This document shows, one piece after another, positions 26,816 through 35,982 of a DNA stretch of 64,000 bases; the first letter of the stretch is position 1; every line of letters starts with the position of its first letter. A program made the translations under genes and the position numbers. Source of the DNA: a virus. The stretch spans positions 64,001 through 128,000 of IMG/VR virus record IMGVR_UViG_3300031566_000001; one strand, given 5' to 3'. Under the pieces are notes generated by a model. That model was given only the letters and a program-made list of their open reading frames with translations. It did not search any database and was not told where the DNA came from.

Positions 26816-29449
26816 TTGATGCGTGTCCAGATGGTGCCGGGGGAGCGGTTCTTCCGCTCGCATGAGAGCGGCATAAAGCGGGTCGTGGAGGCGTACTGCC
26901 AGTACCTGCCCGAGTTCGGTGTGGAGGTTGTGAACACCGACGAGGGCACAGACTACGATGTCAAAGCGGTACATGCGGGGATGGCCCCGGATTGCGACGT
27001 GGCGCATTTGCACGGGCTGTACTGGACCTCTGACTATGAGGCCCAGGCGTGGGAGTGGAAGGCCAACAGCGGGGTCATTCAGAACCTGCGTGTGGCCAGG
27101 GAGGTCACGGTGCCCTCGGAGTGGGTGGCCATGACTCTCAGGCGGGACCTGCGCATTCAGCCCCATGTGATTCCCCACGGCATAGAGTGGGATGAATGGG
27201 CGCATCACCACGAGGAGAGCGGCGGGTACGTGCTGTGGAACAAGAATAGGGATGCTGACGTGTGCACGCCCTACCCGATGGCAGACCTGGCACGCATGAT
27301 GCCAGAGGTGAAGTTCCTGTCCACGTTTGCGCCGCAGGATGCGCCTGACAATGTGGAGGTCATTGGGCTACAGGAGTACGATGGGATGCGGCTTCTGGTG
27401 CAGGGTGCAGGGGTGTACCTGAGCACGACCAAAGAGACGTTCGGAATCGGCATCCTGGAGGCCATGGCAGCGGGTGTGCCGGTGCTAGGATTTGCGTGGG
27501 GCAACATCGGGAACCTGGTGCAACATCAAGTCAACGGGTGGTTATCTGCACCAGGGGATTTCGATCACTTACGGGAAGGGCTGGAGTACTGCTTACAACA
27601 TCGGGTAAGGATGGGCGAGGCCGGGCGTGAGATGTCCAGGCATTATCACTGGAGGGATGCCTGTGAGCAAGTGGCAGAGGTCTACAGGCTGGCAGGGCAG
27701 GAGCGCCCTGCAGACGTGGCGGTGATCATCCCATCCCACAACTACGCGGACAAGGTAGGAAGGGCCATAGAGAGTGCCCTGGCACAGACCTATGAAGGGC
27801 TTACAGATGTAGTGGTAGTAGATGACGGGAGCGATGACAACACGGGGCAGGTCGTAGTAGAGTATGAAAAAGACAACCGGGTGCGATACATCAAGCAACA
27901 GAATCAGGGTGTGGCGGTGGCCCGGAACAAGGGCATTGCCAGTGTCAACACAAAGTACGTCTGCTGCCTGGATGCGGACGATGCCATCGCACCGGAGTTC
28001 CTGAGCAGGTGCATCGAGCCACTGGAAGCAGACCGGTCATTGGGGCTGTCATTTGCGGGGCTGTGGGCTATGACCCCGGACGGCCAGGCAGCTCAGTCCA
28101 GGTGGCCGGACGGCTACGACTTCGAGCAGCAGATAGCACGGCGCAACCAGGTCCCCACGTGCTGCGTGTTCCGTAGGGAGGCCTGGGAGAGATTGGGCGG
28201 GTATCGGAAAAGGTATTGCCCAGACGGCGCGGGTAGCGAGGATGCGGAGTTCTGGACTCGCATGGGGGCTTACGGCTGGGGCGGGGTACAGGCTACCAAG
28301 GAACCGCTGTTCCTTTACTCCCTAGGTGCGGGCCACGTGACGAAGAAGCTGGGGGAAGGCAATTACCAGGAGCCGGACTGGCTGGCGTGGCACCCGTGGG
28401 TTCAGGATAGACAATTCCCCCTAGCTTGTGTGGCGGAAGTAGAGAGATTCAGCCACCCGGTACGGGCCTACGATACGCCGTGGATCAGCGTGATCGTGCC
28501 CGTGGGTCCAGGGCATGAGGAGATCGTGGTGGACGCACTGGACAGCCTTGAGGCGCAGATGTTCCGCCAATGGGAGTGCGTGCTGGTAAATGACACAGGG
28601 GAGCCGTTGCCGGAGCAGCTACTAAGGGCATATCCCTATGTAACACTGGTGGAGACGCCGGGGTCAAAGGGTGCAGGTTATGCACGGAACAGGGGCGTGG
28701 AGGCAGCCAGGGGTCCCCTGCTTACTTTCCTAGATGCAGACGACTACTTGCAGCCGGGGTTTTTGCAGGCGTGTATAGATGCCAGGCTGCAGACGGGCAA
28801 GTGGGTCTACACGGATTTGTGGTCATCGTGGCCCAACGGCGAGATACACGAGTACCCCGTAGACGACTTCGGCGTGGAGAGCCTGTGGCGGGACGGCCTG
28901 GGGGCGGTAACGCTGGTCACTGATCATGCCGAGTTCCAGGCCGTAGGGGGCTTCGATGAGGAGATGCACACGCGGGAAGATTGGGACTTCCAGCTCAAGC
29001 TGGCCATGGCGGGATTCTGCGGCGTGCGTGTGTCCGCTCCCTTGATGACCTACCGCCTGGCTACGGGGGAGCGCAGGGACCAGCAGGCGAGTGATACCGC
29101 GACTATGCTGAGAGAGAAATACCCACTGGAGGATTTGATGGCAAGATGCGGAGGGTGCGGGCAGGCTCAAGCAATGAGTATAGACCCGCCTCAGAACTGG
29201 AGTACCAAAGAGGCAGCGGGCTTCGAGCGGCTGGAATACACAGGCTCAAACCGGGGCACCTCTACGTTCAGGGGCATAACGGGGCGCAGCTACCGCTTCG
29301 GGAACAACGATGACTCGCGGGTGGGCTTGGTGCACCCTGAGGATGCCCGCAACTTTATCGACGTGAAGCATCTACCTTTCAAGCGTGTACAGACGCTAGT
29401 TCCGGCACAGTCGCTGCCCACAGCGCTGGTGGCCCCGGTTTCAGGGTAG
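26816..29449 (+). CDS. Triple glycosyltransferase (GT4-GT2-GT2) with C-terminal extra domain
   Basis: GT4 motif ETFGIGILEAMAAGVPV. GT2 #1: VIIPSHNY, VVDDGS, ARNKGI, CLDADD. GT2 #2: SVIVPV, ARNRG, FLDADD, GGFDE, EDWDF. Confidence 0.92.
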   Translation: MMRVQMVPGERFFRSHESGIKRVVEAYCQYLPEFGVEVVNTDEGTDYDVKAVHAGMAPDCDVAHLHGLYWTSDYEAQAWEWKANSGVIQNLRVAREVTVPSEWVAMTLRRDLRIQPHVIPHGIEWDEWAHHHEESGGYVLWNKNRDADVCTPYPMADLARMMPEVKFLSTFAPQDAPDNVEVIGLQEYDGMRLLVQGAGVYLSTTKETFGIGILEAMAAGVPVLGFAWGNIGNLVQHQVNGWLSAPGDFDHLREGLEYCLQHRVRMGEAGREMSRHYHWRDACEQVAEVYRLAGQERPADVAVIIPSHNYADKVGRAIESALAQTYEGLTDVVVVDDGSDDNTGQVVVEYEKDNRVRYIKQQNQGVAVARNKGIASVNTKYVCCLDADDAIAPEFLSRCIEPLEADRSLGLSFAGLWAMTPDGQAAQSRWPDGYDFEQQIARRNQVPTCCVFRREAWERLGGYRKRYCPDGAGSEDAEFWTRMGAYGWGGVQATKEPLFLYSLGAGHVTKKLGEGNYQEPDWLAWHPWVQDRQFPLACVAEVERFSHPVRAYDTPWISVIVPVGPGHEEIVVDALDSLEAQMFRQWECVLVNDTGEPLPEQLLRAYPYVTLVETPGSKGAGYARNRGVEAARGPLLTFLDADDYLQPGFLQACIDARLQTGKWVYTDLWSSWPNGEIHEYPVDDFGVESLWRDGLGAVTLVTDHAEFQAVGGFDEEMHTREDWDFQLKLAMAGFCGVRVSAPLMTYRLATGERRDQQASDTATMLREKYPLEDLMARCGGCGQAQAMSIDPPQNWSTKEAAGFERLEYTGSNRGTSTFRGITGRSYRFGNNDDSRVGLVHPEDARNFIDVKHLPFKRVQTLVPAQSLPTALVAPVSG

Positions 29450-29455
29450 GGAGAG

Positions 29456-30721
29456 ATGAGTAGGGATACAACACCGACTCTACTGTCACTGGACAGATAC
29501 GCCAAGTGGCTGGGGCTGGACCCTTTGCACTTCGCGGGGGGATACAGTGCGCTCCGGCCCGTGGGCACCTGCAACAGTGTGTGGATGCAGTACGATTGGC
29601 AGAACGCTAGCCATGTGGGCCGACACCAGATGGCAGACCTCATTGCCAAGGCGGAGCAAGACATCGCCCTGCACACGGGGTACTGGCCCGCCCTGGTGTG
29701 GATCTCGGATGAGTGGCACCCGTATCCCAGGCCGCACCGCCGGGAGCTGTACGGGACCGGGCTAACGCGGCGTGGTAACTACAAACCCATGAACCTCAAA
29801 TGGGGCTACACGTGGTACGGGGGGCAGAGGGCAGTAACAGCCATCGACCCGGCCAACGTGACACGGGACGCAGATGTAGACGCTGATGGTGACGGCTTCG
29901 CGGAGTGGGCACAGTTCACCATCATCAATGTAGCGACGGATTTCAACGTGTGTCAGTTGAGGGCGTATTTCAAGGCCTACGCCGCGCTGGACGCAACCAA
30001 CTGCCGAACTGACCCGGCCAGCGCGGGAGCGGACCCGGCCTGGGAAGTGCAGCCCGTAACGGCTACGCTATCAGGCACGACGTTGACGGTATTGATCCCG
30101 ATATGGTGCCTGTTCAAGCCGCAGCTGCAGGAGGCGTTCAACGCGACGGGCATAGATGCGGACGCCCCAGCTAGTTATGTGGACACACTCCTGTTCTACC
30201 GAGAGTACAATGACCCGTCGGAGCAGGTGCAATTCCTGTGGGGCGAGCCGGGTTGCAGGACCGCGGCCTGTGCTGTCAGCATACAAGCAGGTTGTTTTGG
30301 GGTGCAGGACCCCAGGGAGAGCACCGTGGTCCCGCAGCCTGGGGTGTGGGATGCAACTGCTCAATCCTTTACCCTTGCATCGTGGACTGAAGTAAGAGAG
30401 CCTGATTCGGTACGTTTCTGGTACCGGGCAGGATATCAGCCAGAGGTGGCCCCAGGCTGCGATCCGCTGAGCGACTACTGGGCCAACCTGATAGCCATCC
30501 TGGCGACGTCCAGGCTGGAGCGGCCCTTGTGTACGTGCTCAGCGGCCAGGACGAAGGCCGAACTCTGGCGTACAGATGTGACCAGAACCGATGAGGTCAG
30601 TTACCAGTTGGGCATGGACGCGCCAGAGTGCCCTCTGGGGCACCGCAGGGGAGAGGTACACGTGTGGAAGAATATCTCAGGCCGTCCCGGTCTGATTAAG
30701 GGGCAGGCCGTACAGTGGTAG
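29456..30721 (+). CDS. Putative head-tail connector protein
   Basis: Position; LIAKAEQDIALHTGYW and VRFWYRAG adaptor-like motifs. Confidence 0.55.
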   Translation: MSRDTTPTLLSLDRYAKWLGLDPLHFAGGYSALRPVGTCNSVWMQYDWQNASHVGRHQMADLIAKAEQDIALHTGYWPALVWISDEWHPYPRPHRRELYGTGLTRRGNYKPMNLKWGYTWYGGQRAVTAIDPANVTRDADVDADGDGFAEWAQFTIINVATDFNVCQLRAYFKAYAALDATNCRTDPASAGADPAWEVQPVTATLSGTTLTVLIPIWCLFKPQLQEAFNATGIDADAPASYVDTLLFYREYNDPSEQVQFLWGEPGCRTAACAVSIQAGCFGVQDPRESTVVPQPGVWDATAQSFTLASWTEVREPDSVRFWYRAGYQPEVAPGCDPLSDYWANLIAILATSRLERPLCTCSAARTKAELWRTDVTRTDEVSYQLGMDAPECPLGHRRGEVHVWKNISGRPGLIKGQAVQW

Positions 30722-30731
30722 GAGGTGGAGA

Positions 30732-32246
30732 ATGAGTAACGGCAATGCAACACCAGCACAAAAGGGATTCAGCCGTGTGTTCCTCATCGAGGGGAGGGCA
30801 CGGGGTGACCATGTGCCTGTATACATGGGGTGTATGAGTGCCGGGGGGATAGACTGGTCCTTGGGTACCGTCTCCAAGATCGATTGTCCCAGCGACCGGC
30901 AGTACGATGCGTTTGTGGAGCGGGGGAAGAGCAAGTCGGAATCAGACCGGCCCTCAAGCTCACTGGTGGGTCGGTATGCGGCGGACCTGGAGAGCACGAT
31001 GATTCGGCTGGCCAGGACCGGCTGTGCATTTGACCTGCACTATCATTTTGGGGTGTGCACAGACCCGCAGCTGTTCAACGTCTTCCAGAAGGCCGTTGTA
31101 TGGGAAGATGTTGACATGACCAAATACTCCACGGACCCCCTCGGTGCCTTGGAGGAGGGAGACCGCGGAGCGATAAATGAGACCGGGGAGCTATCCGCCA
31201 GGGAGTTCTACGAGGTGCTCCCCATGGCCTTCGCAGAGGTGGCGGCGGCCATTGTCACCAATGAGATCATGGACGTGGTGGTCTGTGATAGCGTATCATG
31301 CGGGGAGTGCGCGGACCAGTCAGGCGGCTGCGAGAGGGTGTACTCAGTCAGCCTGGCAGCAGGCGGATCACCGGGTACACCTGCTGATGTAGTGTACACG
31401 CTGAACGGCGCGGCAGGGCCTTGGGCCACCAGCGAGATCGACTCACTCGGTGCAACGGAGGACCCGACGGGGCTGGCATGCCTGGCCGGGTACGTGGTGG
31501 TGGTATCAGCAGACTCGTGCTCCCTGCACTACGTACTACAGGCTGATCTGGACACGGTGGGTGACGAGACCTGGGTGGAGAACCTTGTGGGGTTCGTGGA
31601 CAAGGGAACGGGAACCTGCCCCTTGGACATCTGGAGCGTGGGCAACTACGCCTTCATCTCCGCTGAGGGCGGGTATGTGTACGGCACTGCTGACCCGACA
31701 GCGGGTGTGACTATCTTGGAAGCGGGCAACGCGGTGACCAACGCCTTGTGGGCCATCCACGCCATGAACCGGAACGTCTGTGTGGCTGTGGGCAGCGCAG
31801 GCGCAGTGATCCGGACAGGGAACGGTGGGGACACCTGGCAGCACATGAGCGCGCCTGTGGGCCTTGGCACGTCCCTACAATCGGTGTGGGTCAAGACCGA
31901 GACAGAGTGGTGGGTCGGTTCCAGTGACGGGCGGCTGTTTGAGACCTTGGACGGAGGCGATACGTGGAACCTGCGGCAGAACTGGGCCGGGGGTGCCGTC
32001 AGTGATATCGCGTTCTCCTCGGACAATGTGATGACCGTTTCGCACACCACGGCTGCCGGGGTGGGGCGGCTACTGCGCAGCTACAACGGCGGTAACAGCT
32101 TCGTGGTGCTACCGGAGAGCGCAGGGGCCTTGCCAGCCAGCAGTCGGCTGAACGCCATTGCCCTGTGTGAGGATGATGTCAACCAGGTGGTCGCGGTCGG
32201 GTTGGACGGCGCCACAGACGGCATCATAATCTGGGGCGAGGACTAG
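30732..32246 (+). CDS. Major tail tube protein with C-terminal BNR/beta-propeller domain
   Basis: Upstream of the chaperone and tape measure; T.NGGDTW, TLDGGDTW and SYNGGNSF BNR repeats. Confidence 0.65.
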   Translation: MSNGNATPAQKGFSRVFLIEGRARGDHVPVYMGCMSAGGIDWSLGTVSKIDCPSDRQYDAFVERGKSKSESDRPSSSLVGRYAADLESTMIRLARTGCAFDLHYHFGVCTDPQLFNVFQKAVVWEDVDMTKYSTDPLGALEEGDRGAINETGELSAREFYEVLPMAFAEVAAAIVTNEIMDVVVCDSVSCGECADQSGGCERVYSVSLAAGGSPGTPADVVYTLNGAAGPWATSEIDSLGATEDPTGLACLAGYVVVVSADSCSLHYVLQADLDTVGDETWVENLVGFVDKGTGTCPLDIWSVGNYAFISAEGGYVYGTADPTAGVTILEAGNAVTNALWAIHAMNRNVCVAVGSAGAVIRTGNGGDTWQHMSAPVGLGTSLQSVWVKTETEWWVGSSDGRLFETLDGGDTWNLRQNWAGGAVSDIAFSSDNVMTVSHTTAAGVGRLLRSYNGGNSFVVLPESAGALPASSRLNAIALCEDDVNQVVAVGLDGATDGIIIWGED

Positions 32247-32389
32247 AAAATACTGACCGATAAATCAGCGGTCACTGGGCGTGGAGGGCTAGACCAGTAG
32301 GTTCCCTATGAAGCGTCAAGGGGGCATTGATGTAAGACCCTTAGTCCTGAATTGACAGGACCTATATTTGGATTTGGGAGGATCTTCCC

Positions 32390-32926
32390 ATGGCAACAAA
32401 AGTGAAGCATACCAAGAAGAAGGGCTTGCCGCCTGCTGCATTGGCGGCTATCGAGACCGCCAAGGAGATGCACAAGGCAGAGAAGCCCTTGGAGGTGACG
32501 CTGATACACGGGGTCACGGCCACGCTGCATGCTGTGGCCCCGTCCCTGATACAAGATGTGCAGCTGCGCATCGAGGACCCCAAGGTCCCAGTGGTCTACA
32601 TCGAGGCCAAGGAGCGGGACGAGGAGAACCCGAACGACCCCTCATACCTAGCTGCAATGGATCGGGCGGCGCAAGAGCGTAACGCGGCGGTCATGGACGC
32701 CCTAATTATGATGGGCGTAGAGCTGCCCGAGGGGTTCGAGGTGCCGCCGAAGTGGGTGAAGCGTCTCAAGATACTGGGCTTCGACTTCGATGAGGATGAT
32801 CCTGACGAGGTGGAGTTCGTCTTCAAGAAGTACCACACTAGCACTAGCGTCATAGCGACGCTGTCTGTGATGTCGGGTATCCGGGAGGAGGACGTGGCCG
32901 CATTCCGCGAGCTTTTTCGCGGTTAA
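32390..32926 (+). CDS. Tail assembly chaperone (G-like)
   Basis: Between tail tube and tape measure; ends CTT TTT CGC GGT TAA. Confidence 0.7.
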   Translation: MATKVKHTKKKGLPPAALAAIETAKEMHKAEKPLEVTLIHGVTATLHAVAPSLIQDVQLRIEDPKVPVVYIEAKERDEENPNDPSYLAAMDRAAQERNAAVMDALIMMGVELPEGFEVPPKWVKRLKILGFDFDEDDPDEVEFVFKKYHTSTSVIATLSVMSGIREEDVAAFRELFRG

Positions 32927-33188
32927 GCGGCATAGCACACCCATCCGGGACTATCCCCTCTCGGACGCAGTCAAGACGGGCATCACGGCCAGCGGTCACT
33001 TCGTGCAGTGGGAGGCTGCTAACGCGGCGGGCTTGGACCTGTACCTGTGGGACCGGGGCTTTTATCCCCTGCGGTTCATGGCTAAGGTTCTGGCCTGGCA
33101 TGAGGATCATGAGCTGATAGAGCAGCACAAACAATCTGCGCTGCTCAAGGACGCGGAGCGTAAGGCCAAGAAAAAGGGGAAGCGGTAG
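32916..33188 (+). CDS. Tail assembly chaperone frameshift extension (T-like, +1 frame)
   Basis: The +1 frame is open 32871-33188, has no SD-linked start, and stops immediately before the tape measure GTG. Confidence 0.6.
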   Translation, partial: FAVKRHSTPIRDYPLSDAVKTGITASGHFVQWEAANAAGLDLYLWDRGFYPLRFMAKVLAWHEDHELIEQHKQSALLKDAERKAKKKGKR

Positions 33189-35780
33189 GTGGCAATAGAG
33201 ACCATCGGCGTCCGGGTAGTGGTTGAGGGCGCAAACAAGGCGGTCGATGACCTGAACAGGGTCAACAAGGCAGCGTCAAGCCTGGGCGGCGCGGCTGCGG
33301 CCACTGCTTCCCCTTTGGGTATCCTGGGCAGTGCGCTGGCCAACGTAGGGCAGATCGCCGCGGGCATCATCAGCGCGCACCTGTTCACCAACCTGGTAGA
33401 AGGCCTGAAAAGTGTAGCGTATGAGGCCCTGTTTGGTGCAGGGCGCGTCGAGGAGCTTGAGGTCATCCTGGAACTCTTAGGCACGCGGGCTGGTTACAGC
33501 GCAAGCCAGCTCTACCAGTGGCGTGACGCGATGGTGGACGCGGGTATCCGCAGCGACGTAGCCACTAAGAGTATTGCAGAGTTCATTCGTTACCAGATGG
33601 ACGCGACCAAGGCCGTAGAGCTGGCGGCTGTGGCCCAGGACGCGGCTACCTTTGCAGCTGAGGATAGCACCGAGGCCCTAGCAGGCCTGATGCACGGTAT
33701 CCTCACCCAGAGGTCCATCGTCCTACGGACCTACGGCATCATCGTGGACACAAACCAGGCAATGGAGGACTACAAGGACGTCATCGGCGCGGTTGGCAGG
33801 GAATTGACCGCCTCCGAGCGCGTGCAGGCTATGATGAATGCGGTATTAGCCCAAGGCGTTGCTATCAGCGGGGCCTACGAGGCGGCGATGGGCACCTGGA
33901 CCAAGATGTGGAGGACGCTGACAGGAAGACTCATCCCGGAGATGATCTGGCAGCTGGGTGGCCCGTTCCAGCAGGTCATGGGTTCTGCGGTTTTTGCTAT
34001 CGCCGACTTCGTCAAGGTGCTGACCGCAGCGGTGTCGGAGGGTGGCAGGCTGAGGCCTATCTTAGATGCGTTAGTTGTGGTCGTCAACAGGCTCCTGGCC
34101 CCGGTCATAGCCCTGACCCGCGTGGTAGGCGATTGGCTAGGGACCACGGCGGAGGGTGCCAAGAAGGTAACCAAGGCCATGGAGGAGATGGCGGGTAAGG
34201 TGACCGCAGTACAGGCCCCTAACCTGGCAGCCGCTTTTGAGAGCGGGGCTACGAAGATCATTGACGCCAACAGGGATCTCACTAAGTCCATCACCCGCAT
34301 GTGGGACGATCACAACCGCAGGCTGGTGCAGACTACATTTGATTTCAACCTGGGGCGGTTGAGGGATGAGCTGGACTGGCAGCGGCGTAGAGAGCGGGGC
34401 CTGGAGGAGCATAACCGCAAGATGGCGGACATGTACGCGGAGCTGGATGAGCTGCGCACGGGCAAGCAACGCCAAGAGATCAAGGCCCAGATGCAGGACG
34501 AACAGAAGGACTACGCAACCCAGCGGTCACAGTTCGAGCGGTTGCTGGCTCAGGCGCAATCCGATGAAGAGAAGCAGCGCATTCAGGGCTGGCTCGATGT
34601 ACTAGCCATTGAACATCAGGGCAACCAGGAGGCGCTACAAGAAGAGGTAAGCGCCATAGATGCTGAGCAAGCAGCTCTGGAGAAGCGCATCGCCTTAGAG
34701 GAGAAAGCCTTTAAGGACCGGAGAGCCCTAGAGGCAGAGGATCGGCGCATCCGGTTGGCCCGTGAGGATGAGGACTTTGCGCGGCGCACGGCCAGGGAAG
34801 AGGAAGAGGCGCGGCGCAGGGAGACCTTGCAACGTGAGGAAACCACAGAGCGGATTGCTCTCATACGGGAGCAGATCGCCGAGGAGAACGCGGCCAAGCT
34901 GGCTGCGTACCAGGAGCAGGGGGCGATGCTCACGCAGTCTGTAGGGGAGCAAAAGGGCATCCTGGAGGAACTGGGCAAGGAGCAGAAGAGTTTGATAGAT
35001 GAATGGAAGACGACTATAGAAGGCTGGTTTGAAACCATCAAGGATGTTGACTGGAAGGGATTGGCTGCAGACGTGAGTTCTATCGCTCAGAGCCTCGGTG
35101 ATATAGCTGGGCCAGCGGCGATTATTACGGGTATTCTAACCACGGGCTATATCAGGGGCCTGATAACCTCATTCGGTGGCTTTAATCAAGTCCTGAAGGG
35201 CACAGGCGATATCGTGCAAGGAATATTCGGCCTTGACATTCCACGTATCTTGACTGGAACTAAGACGTTTGTCGAGGGCTGGATGATCACCTTTATTGGA
35301 TTCTTCGGTGGGGCTTTGCAAAGCGTCTATAACCTACTAACAGGCAAGTCAGTCAGAATTGTAGATGATGTGGTGGATGAATTACGGCGTTTATCTAGTG
35401 AAAGCACAAGACTCGGTGGTGAGTTCATAGAAGGCCTCATCCTTGGCATAAATCGTTGGTGGCAGCAGCTCATAAACCGGGTGAGGGAACTGGCCGAGGC
35501 CATCATCTACGAGGTCAAGGTTAGACTACTTATGGGCTCACCATCCAAGGTATTCATCGGTATAGGCCAGGAGATCTCACGGAGCTTGGCGGAAGGTATT
35601 CGGTCGATGGGGGACCTACCCGCGCTACAGATGGGTCAGGTCACCTTGGGCACCCTGGCGGCTGTACCTGCGTCAACGACGACCGTTAGCAACAGCTACA
35701 ACCTCAATATGACCAGTATGGCCCCGGTGTCTACGGTGGTCTCAGACTTCCGGCTGATAAAGGTGATCGCGGGGCGGTAG
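33189..35780 (+). CDS. Tape measure protein
   Basis: 863 aa, Ala-rich helical/coiled-coil, MAIETIGVRVVVEG start, SPSKVF near the C-terminus. Confidence 0.9.
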   Translation: MAIETIGVRVVVEGANKAVDDLNRVNKAASSLGGAAAATASPLGILGSALANVGQIAAGIISAHLFTNLVEGLKSVAYEALFGAGRVEELEVILELLGTRAGYSASQLYQWRDAMVDAGIRSDVATKSIAEFIRYQMDATKAVELAAVAQDAATFAAEDSTEALAGLMHGILTQRSIVLRTYGIIVDTNQAMEDYKDVIGAVGRELTASERVQAMMNAVLAQGVAISGAYEAAMGTWTKMWRTLTGRLIPEMIWQLGGPFQQVMGSAVFAIADFVKVLTAAVSEGGRLRPILDALVVVVNRLLAPVIALTRVVGDWLGTTAEGAKKVTKAMEEMAGKVTAVQAPNLAAAFESGATKIIDANRDLTKSITRMWDDHNRRLVQTTFDFNLGRLRDELDWQRRRERGLEEHNRKMADMYAELDELRTGKQRQEIKAQMQDEQKDYATQRSQFERLLAQAQSDEEKQRIQGWLDVLAIEHQGNQEALQEEVSAIDAEQAALEKRIALEEKAFKDRRALEAEDRRIRLAREDEDFARRTAREEEEARRRETLQREETTERIALIREQIAEENAAKLAAYQEQGAMLTQSVGEQKGILEELGKEQKSLIDEWKTTIEGWFETIKDVDWKGLAADVSSIAQSLGDIAGPAAIITGILTTGYIRGLITSFGGFNQVLKGTGDIVQGIFGLDIPRILTGTKTFVEGWMITFIGFFGGALQSVYNLLTGKSVRIVDDVVDELRRLSSESTRLGGEFIEGLILGINRWWQQLINRVRELAEAIIYEVKVRLLMGSPSKVFIGIGQEISRSLAEGIRSMGDLPALQMGQVTLGTLAAVPASTTTVSNSYNLNMTSMAPVSTVVSDFRLIKVIAGR

Positions 35781-35806
35781 CCAGTGCGTTGTTAGCGGCG
35801 CCCAGG

Positions 35807-35824
35807 CTGCCCAGGGCAGTTTTT
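35807..35824 (+). terminator. Small intrinsic terminator
   Basis: CTGCC-CAG-GGCAG-TTTTT. Confidence 0.45.
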
Positions 35825-35889
35825 GGGGTGAAATGAGTAATATGTTATGAGGTACGCTCAATCGGTAGAATCAGGGGACCACCTGAGGC

Positions 35890-35954
35890 GGTTTTTGCGC
35901 AAAAACCTGGAGCATCTTTTCTTTTGCGGGCAAAAGGTTCACGGGGGCGATAAT
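35890..35954 (+). promoter_or_regulatory. Bipartite palindromic element, copy 4
   Basis: TTTTTGCGCAAAAA (35892-35905), 15 bp, CTTTTGCGGGCAAAAG (35921-35936); TTGCGG-N19-GATAAT. Confidence 0.8.
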
Positions 35955-35982
35955 ATGGGCAAAAGAGTTCACGGAGGGCATC

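Noticed and set aside
32352-32380. TTGACA promoter upstream of the tail chaperone
   Set aside because: No -10 hexamer at 16-18 bp spacing.
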